Assembly (NCBI RefSeq): GCF_902459465.1
Contig: NC_047068.1
Span: 15,128,001-15,192,000, forward strand
DNA length: 64,000 nucleotides
From: Asterias rubens
Taxonomy: Eukaryota
Direction of reading: 5' to 3'
Both the position numbers and the translations under genes were made by a program. Each line of letters opens with the position of its first letter. The first letter of the stretch is position 1. Below the pieces are notes generated by a model. The model saw only the letters and a list, made by a program, of their open reading frames with translations, ran no database searches and had not been told where the DNA came from. Shown here piece after piece: positions 11,082 to 64,000 of the stretch.

Positions 11082-13016
11082 TTAGCCACACACTGAAAAT
11101 TAGTTTTACCACACACAGTAGAACGTCAACACATGATACATGATTGATTCGTTCTCGGTGGTAGCAATACATAATAATGCCCTGAGAACTACTGGATAGT
11201 ATGTACACTACACAATCATTTCAATTAATAATTGCAATTCAAAACAACAGACTATAACCCCTTTTGTCTCAAACGAATTCCATTTACTGCACCGGGAAAA
11301 TAAAGGGTTCGTATAATAGACCAATCAGAATCGACCATTCGGAATCTCAGCTAGGCGCAAAAGTCGGACAAAAATCAAATTTGTTGAAGTCCCACAAAGT
11401 GTAAGCAAGCTGCCACCATCAAGAGAGCTTCACAGCGTATTTTTGTTGATGGTGGTGCAAGTACACTGGATTCATCATCAAGGGGCGAAACCCTACATGC
11501 CCGTCTTGCGTAAGTGCATTTTTGTAAAGCAGTTGGTGTAGTGGGAGTGTCTTTAGTGAAAAGGTATTTAACTGTCACAAATATGTAGGCAGTGACTTTT
11601 TTTTGTGATTTGAAAAGTTTAAAATGGTCATGTTCTTACACATCATGATTCAGTTCACACTGGTCGTTATGGGAAAGCTCCATTAAAGAATTTTAAAGTT
11701 TTGCCACAAAAATTCCAAAGTACATGTATACATCCTTTTTAGTGAGTGGGTGAGTTAACATTGAATTACTTAGGTCATTAAACCTATTGGATGAGCAGTT
11801 TAATCTGCCTGGGGCAGTCAGCAGGCCTACTGGTTTGTGCATGATCCATTTAAGTTCACTGTTTAGAAAAGGAATCACATGAAGATAACAGGTGTGAGTT
11901 GCCAGATGAAAAAGGATGTGTTATATGAGCCTCTTTCTTTAACAGAGCTTTCCAGTAATGTGAAGAATATAAACCGCTTTTCTGGAAGGCGGTTTGAACT
12001 TCACAAGAGGTCTCCGTGTACTTGGGGATAGTTTACAAGCGCATGGTTCTCACGTTCCAATTTGCTCTACCGTCTTGTGTGAACTTTGAACTTTACTTTG
12101 ATTATGCTATACATAATGGTGGGATAAGAAGGTATTATTGGACCAACACTCCAGCAGGTAATGTAGTATTATAAATTTAGTCTATGGGTGTCGACTTTAA
12201 AGGCGTTGAACTTGTTTGACCTCACCAATCATGACCCCCAGTAGAGGAGAAGGTCATATCTGAATCAATCGTCTTTGGCTCTGACTGCTGGCTGTAGCAA
12301 CAACCTTGAAGAATAGTCCTTTTAAGCGATCCGGCGGTAGTCACTGCCGATGCCATAGTTTGGCCAATGACTTCTGGCTGGCTTTATACGTTATGATGAG
12401 GTTGTAGTTGCAGCTACTGGCAAGCGTTGAGCTTTTAGGAAATATCTTGGCACAAAGTCCTGATAGCAGGACTAAACTCAGTAATGAGATGATTCATGAA
12501 GTGTTACATCTATACATTGGGTTCCTCGAAACATAGAGAAAAGCCCAACTACACTCTAGCATTTTTTGCCAGGTAGATAGCATAGACATTTTAGACTGCC
12601 GACTTGAAACGCCAGTAGCCACAATATTCACTTCGATCATGCGGCAAGTTGCCACAATGTTCGGGTACTGAGGTTATTGTCGGACTGAAACACACATAAA
12701 GAGCGGCAGTAGTACGCATACACACAAATATACAAAATCCTGTGTTTAGATTTACAGCACATGTTCATCGTGACGTTCTCATTCCAGGGGGAATGCCCTG
12801 CTCCTCCAAGTCATTCTTTTTTCCAGGGGGTGGGAAATCACTCCGAATGAAGGTGGAGTGTGTCCGATATTGGTCCAAGAGGATGAACAGTGAACAGTTT
12901 GCTTGGTTATAAACGGGGGTCGTTCTGAGGGTATTGACAGCGTTTTGAAGTGTGCTATGTTTTCATAGGAACAGTTTTTTTCTTTAAAAGAGCTAAGAAT
13001 CGTGGCGATGTGATTG

Positions 13017-58291
<45,275 letters not shown>

Positions 58292-58499
58292 TCTGCTTTC
58301 TTTCTGCTGTTGCTTCTGCTAGCAAACCTCGACAGCACAACAAATACACGAAGTGAAACTTCGTACGATCAGCACTTCATTTCTCTCAATATCTTTCATA
58401 CACCACGAAGACATATCATTTTGACAGCATGACACAGCTACACGCGGAATGAATCGGTGACTTTCCCCACAAAATCTCCAGTTATTTGTGAAATGGTGA

Positions 58500-58850
58500 C
58501 TTACACAAATAAAGCGCAGACTGCTGTGACCATCGCCCAGTTTGTGCGGTGTAGTCGAGTCTGTCCACGTTATTCATCAGTCAGTAAACACTGTACATAC
58601 CATACCCTTGCACAGCGTACAGTTTCTCCATTATAATGTACACACATACAGTCCATGTATTTTTTCCGTTGTTGCCAGCTGGTATGCTAATTTTATGGAA
58701 ACGTCACCGTGCGGCCGGTGTCGCGCACCGGGCAAAGTGTGTTGACCCTCAAAACTCTTCCTGATTCCTTGCCCCGCCCCGCCCCCGCCCTCATCTCCAC
58801 CACGTGGGCCTAAAAACACGGAAGTATATCCCGCTTGTATAAGCAAAATC
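58500..58850 (-). promoter_or_regulatory. Probable SEC14L1 promoter / TSS region
   Basis: CpG-rich stretch directly upstream of the ATG exon with overlapping GC boxes gccccgccccgcccccgccc (about 58770-58790), E-box CACGTG (58801-58806) and ETS CGGAAGT (about 58819-58825). No TSS data. Confidence 0.6.
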
Positions 58851-59126
58851 GTAAGAATCGAAGGTTATAAAGCGGTTCAAACAAGCAAACATTTACAAAG
58901 CTATACATCATAGGGCCCACATTTATAAATCTAGAAAATTCCATTTGGCAAGTGAAATGCAACAAGGATTGATAAGAGAAAGGACAATCATTACTTTCTT
59001 GAGACAATCAATTGACCTCTGAGTTAATTTGAATTCTGAGAGCCCCGCAGTTCTAAATCTATCAGCGGCCATAAAACGCCCCTCATATTATTATAATCTA
59101 TCACCACGCCCCAACGACGGATGTTA

Positions 59127-59145
59127 AACCACAAGAGGGCGCTAG
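59127..59145 (+). promoter_or_regulatory. Candidate CTCF site
   Basis: AACCACAAGAGGGCGCTAG is close to the CTCF consensus CCACYAGRKGGCRS; motif match only. Confidence 0.4.
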
Positions 59146-61118
59146 AAAAGTTATTCCAAGGTTTTTCTTCATATCATTTTTTGCCAAAAAGTCCTTTTTA
59201 CAGAAATATGTTTGGTGACCCACACTTAATAAACTCACATAGCAACCAATACCGAATGCTAAACTCCAAAGTATTAAACATATATTTTGAAGTCTCATAT
59301 CAAATAGATTTTCAGAATTTGTTTTAATTTTTGGCAGGTCAGCCATTTGTAAACTTGCTAATAAAAAAATAAACATGTCAGCTGTTCGCCCAAACCGACT
59401 TGCTGCCTGTTTTCAGGAGACAGGCCTCCAATTCCAAAGCAAAATAGGACAAACTTTAAAGCCTAAATTTACCAAAATCTCCTCGCAGAGGTTGTGATAG
59501 GTCATTATAGTACACAATCTATTTATAATGAGGGAGAAGCAATAAATAAATAAAGTTAAAACTCCAATGCCTTGGGAAAGTCTAAGACTGTTATATCAAA
59601 ATTTGAACCAAGTTGCACTTTTAGGGTAAAAAATGTATGCAGTAGGTTCTAGTGATATACAATATTTGAAAATTAGAACAACTGGGAAAAAATAATAAAA
59701 GTATTTAATGGTTAGTTCATCATGTTTATCAAATTTGGGCCAAATTAATATGAAAAATAATGTGACTTTTATATCTACAATTCTGTTGCCTTTGTATCTA
59801 ATTTTGACCAAGAATATTATTTTGTAATTTTGAGAAATTATATTAAATACAACACATGACAAAGACACAAAACCTTCAGACTTTTGAAACATTATTTTTT
59901 TGACCAAGCAAAATTTGTTTGTTTAATTTCAGGCACTTGGGAGTTTGATCATAGACTTTAATTTGTTTTTGCATGTAGGAGTAAGTCCGATCGAGCAAGT
60001 TTGAGCAGCTGGTCGACCAGCTTAGTTTACTATTGTCAACCGATTTTGCCAGCTACCAGGATGTTACAAGCATGCATAGGTTAAAATGGAACATTGACTA
60101 GTGGTTGACAAACGGCGGCTGCTCGAACTGGCTGGGTATCCATATGTTTGTTACATTCGTTATCTAAAATGCTTTATCTATTATAAAATAGTACACTCTA
60201 TGGAGCAACTAATAAACAGATGACGGATCACATACATGATGTTAAATATAGACAGACAAAATGAGATACATAGCCTATTCCAATACACCTTTATCATGCT
60301 TATTAACATCTTTGTCAAGTCCCTCGTGTATATTAATAATAGTAATGCCCTCTGTTGGTACATAAATCTGTGGCAAAAAGCAATGGTAAGTGTTACAATA
60401 AATCTCCAATACGGGCCAAGGGAAACAAAGTGTTTGAAACCTGTACATGTGCATGCAATAACTATAAACAAAACTGACAAAAAATCCTCAAAAAACATAA
60501 AACACCCACAGAGAAAAAAAAAACACTAAGCACAATACTAGCTTTGTTATAGTTTGTATATAATATAATGATAATATGAATTAAAAAATAAATGTCATAC
60601 CAAAAAACATATTTAATTCAATTGATTTATAAATTTGATGTAATAAAAGCTACTATAATTAAATTAATCCTTCATATAATACCAAAATACGTGTGTATCT
60701 AGGTGTGTCTGCAAATATATTTTACATTTAAAATGTTTTTATAATTTTGTCACTGATTTTAGAAGCTTACATATTACAGGTTAACCAAAACTACTTAAAA
60801 CTTACCCAGTCAGTTTCCCTTGTGGTTTATTACTCGGTGTTAATGAATTAACAACAAAATGACTCAAAACTAATTTAACTATTTGTCCCTGTTAATTTGG
60901 TAATTGTTCATTTTCAGATCAAGTTTGAATTTTCCTCCCTGTAATTTTGTTGAGTTTAATCAGAAAAACTATCTTTCCCTGCCGTTGGTGGTACCCTTTG
61001 GTTCAAAGCAAAGATCTACAGATGTATGGGGTGCTATCAAACACCATGGACTGGTAATGAGGGTGCATCTATCAGGGACTATGAGTTACCAAAAGAGAGA
61101 AATATGTCCCTCTTCAGC

Positions 61119-61279
61119 GACCGATTTCATGAAACGCTAGAAATAATCTTATCTCGAGTTAGGACGAGTATTCCTAACTTAGAATGGGTTCAATGAGTCC
61201 TACGCCTTTGGATAGGGAATTTAACTCGTCCTAAGTCCCAAGATTAATCCTAAGTTAGGAAGAGTATGGTGAAATCGAC
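61119..61279. mobile_element. MITE with gatttca.../...tgaaatc ends and cctaa-rich interior; relative at about 30505-30590
   Basis: cgatttcatgaaac ... ggtgaaatcg, with repeated ttaggac/gtcctaa motifs. Confidence 0.55.
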
Positions 61280-61416
61280 GACTGGTCACTCACAGGCGTG
61301 ACCGAATTATGCCAGTCAATATGTGTTTTATAACACACCTCAGTCTTAAATATGAAATTTGAAAAGAAACTTTTCACTATTTCAAAACTAAGGTTGTGTC
61401 AAGTTAAATTTTTTAA

Positions 61417-61491
61417 TAAGTATCGACCAACTAGTCGAGCCTTTCTCGAAGGCTAAAAAACAACTCTGCTGAAGGGTCGAAAGGTCAAGCC
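61417..61491. ncRNA. Head-to-head pair of decayed family-A hammerhead-like motifs
   Basis: Minus copy gcct-TCGAGAA-AGGCTCGACTAGTTGGTC-GATAC; plus copy actctgctgaagggtc-GAAA-GGTC-aagcc. Confidence 0.4.
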
Positions 61492-62071
61492 GTTAATATT
61501 TATGTTTCCAATCTTACCAATGTTTTTGGTACACAACCTTTAAGGAATAGTAAAGGTTTTTTTAAACTCAACAATAAAGCATGCAATGCTTATTAAACCA
61601 TATACATGTATCATAATTAATACATCAATTACCTGGAACAGTCAGATTTGTTTTCTTGTCACAAATGCATTTACAGAAAATAACAAAAATTAGTACTACT
61701 AATCATTTATAGAATGAACTGTTTATTTACCTTTTTTTAATTTTGTTTAATTAGACTGCCATCTGAACTTTGTGTTTGACTTTATTCATGAATAGAGGCA
61801 GTTAAGGTAACTCCACTAATGTTGTTTATTAAAATCCATCATCTTTATAACATATCTTGTCAAACAAACTTTTGGTCTTGGGTTTGAATCCCACCTGAGT
61901 TTCTTGCGTAATTTGTATCTGCTGGACGCGGTGTACAGTTTTTATCCCACATCCTCAATGTAATGTGCCATACTTGTCGACCGCATGAGGGCACTCTTAT
62001 AGTATTTTTATCACTTCCGGGGTATATAGCCGATTCTTCCTGCACAGCTCAATTAGCGTTCTGTCCTTGCT

Positions 62072-62330
62072 TTATAGTAGTTGCTTTAGAGGTCTTATTA
62101 TCCGTGGTGCATTCGATATCTGTGGTGGTAATGTGTTCCAGTCTTCAATAACTGTTTTGGCATATATGAATGAATAAACCCCTAGAAGTGATACAAATAT
62201 GTTTGAGAGCGCCCTTTGGTGGTCCAAAATACTAGATTTGGCAGATGTTGATACCTTCTCCTTTGGGTCAAGGTAGACACTCGTTGGCGGAATGATCGAG
62301 TTATTGAACTGAAATATCAGCCAATGTGCT
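62072..62330 (-). mobile_element. Decayed 3' end of a CR1/L2-group LINE ORF2
   Basis: YSFIYAKTVIEDWNTLPPQISNAP resembles the SFFPRTIRDWNxLP..I..A.S...FK motif that ends many CR1/L2-group RT ORFs; upstream sequence is frameshifted. Confidence 0.5.
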
Positions 62331-63499
62331 GTCCAGTGCATCCAATGCGATGTCCACATGATGAGGCTGAAACACCAATGATGGTCTGAAGCGAATGGAC
62401 TGTGTGCCGCATGTTCCCATAAAAACACCTACAAAAGAAATGTATAATAATATTAATAAAATAATAATAGTTTATTGAATTTATATTACGCTCTCTCTAA
62501 GACCAGCCTGATCGAGGGTGCATGCCTTCCCTTTAACACCTTAAACAATTTCTAAATCTGAAACCCATAAACCACTGTTTGCCGCATCTGAATTGGTGAC
62601 TACGACTGTGTCTAAGGGTGTTACTATGGATGTCCAATGCATAAATGATTGGATGATCCAGCCGGAGCCAGAATTGTAGCCCCCAATTTTATTGCCACAT
62701 CGTGGCTTACCCAGCGGGCTGCTGGTGTAGTCAGTAAGACAAAAGACAGACGAGACGTGTCAAGTCAGTTGTACCTTTTACCAGACTGCTCCGTAACATG
62801 GCTGTGTGTGTGTGGACCGCACACTAGCCGGCCTTGAGCACGCCTGAGTGATTTATAACTTAACTATGTAACTCACTTTCCTTATGAGACAAGACAATAT
62901 TAACTGACCTTTGTTCTTCACAATACGAGAGACTTTTCCCATGGTATCGGGGTCCTTGCAGTCAATGGCAGCAAATGTTCCCATTCCACGGGCCCTGGAT
63001 AACAGATCTGGATACTTGTCCTGTTGGAAACAATAATGAGGGGAGATTGCCTTGGATATATAATGATGGCAATGAAAAAATAATAATTGCAGAGTACGAC
63101 AAGGTCAGAAAACACCGATGAAGAGATCATCTAAATGGTGTTGTCATAAGCCAAGGTATGATTCAATCAACAAATTTGAAAAACAAGATATTTTTCCAGC
63201 AAAGTGTTATTTTTTTTTAAACCTCAACTTGGTGTGCTTTTTGCATTGAATGGAAGCAGGTTAGCTAATTGGAATCTTACACTGCCTTTCAGACAGGTTG
63301 ACATCCAATCTTGGACCAGAAACAAGTTTTTCTATACACTCAAACCTTAGACCAGATATACACTGGTTCAAAACAGACCATGGGCCAAATTTCATAGAGC
63401 TGCTTAAACACACACAGCACCTTACCAAGACAAAATTATACTTACTAAAGCATAAAACCATTTAAATCTTGAAATGTTAATGAGAGAACATCTAAGATC

Positions 63500-63927
63500 T
63501 AACACCCGTTCAGACAGGCGCTCCAGGGTCATGCCAGACCAAATTCTGAATTAAGTACATGAAAAGATCGACGTCTGAAACAGTTAGGAGAGACTGGATG
63601 CCTTAGAAGTTCGAAAGATCGATCTGCAGTTGTTCGGAACAACTCTGGAGCGTCTTGGTTTAAGACGCCGATCTTGTCATGAGATGAACCTAATGTAAAT
63701 ATTAAGTTCGCCTGTCTGAAACCAAACTTTATTTAGGTCGACCTAGAGTTGCTCCTTATCTATTTGATTTGGCGCGACTCTGGCTCGCCTGTCTGTAGCG
63801 GGTGTATACCCATTTCAGGCAACACTCCAGAGTCGCGCCGAACTAAATCCTGAATTAAGTACATGAAAAGTTTCATGTCTGACCAACTTAAAAGTGACTT
63901 TGGCGAGCCTGTCTGAAACGAGTGTTA
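63500..63927. mobile_element. About 428-bp MITE (Harbinger-like) with internal inverted and direct repeats
   Basis: taacacccgttcagacaggc ... gcctgtctgaaacgagtgtta; ctgaattaagtacatgaaaag occurs twice, and ggcgcgactctgg/ccagagtcgcgcc is an internal inverted pair. Confidence 0.7.
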
Positions 63928-64000
63928 AATAAAACAAAAAACAGGTGAAAGAAAATCTCCAACATACATACCTGAAGACTCTTGAGTCCATCTAGAAGGA

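Noticed and set aside
62712-62840. Distal non-coding first exon of SEC14L1 (minus-strand TGG|gtaagc donor at about 62711)
   Set aside because: A single donor motif with no promoter signature is not supportable without transcript data.

Overview
AT-rich, repeat-dense animal genomic DNA, most likely an invertebrate deuterostome; a sea star/echinoderm is my inference from the protein sequences and repeat style, not something shown directly. Two protein-coding genes are supported. (1) An intronless-CDS class A (rhodopsin-family) GPCR at 380-1345 (+) with several altered activation motifs. (2) A complete 14-coding-exon SEC14L1/real-time orthologue on the minus strand (ATG 58291 to TGA 13017; 2313 nt, 770 aa; PRELI/MSF1 + CRAL-TRIO + GOLD), with GT-AG junctions and consistent phases throughout, and a GC-box/E-box/ETS promoter near 58.5-58.85 kb. 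The rest is introns, UTR and intergenic DNA filled with non-autonomous DNA transposons (TTAA-flanked Kolobok-like, TWA-flanked Harbinger-like, a TA-flanked pogo-like and a P/hAT-like element), tRNA-derived SINEs, decayed LINE ends and short tandem duplications. The most interesting signal is a set of minimal type-I hammerhead-ribozyme-like motifs of the kind associated with Penelope-like elements. One has an intact canonical core (51144-51187, +) and sits head-to-head with a decayed partner. A multi-copy family has a reconstructed consensus with a U3-A8 compensatory core and a GUC cleavage triplet. All copies oriented sense to SEC14L1 carry core lesions. A head-to-head tRNA-like palindrome (25679-25869) shows the same divergent inverted architecture. 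No CRISPR array, rRNA or bona fide tRNA gene was found. All coordinates were counted by hand and no searches or folding programs were run.
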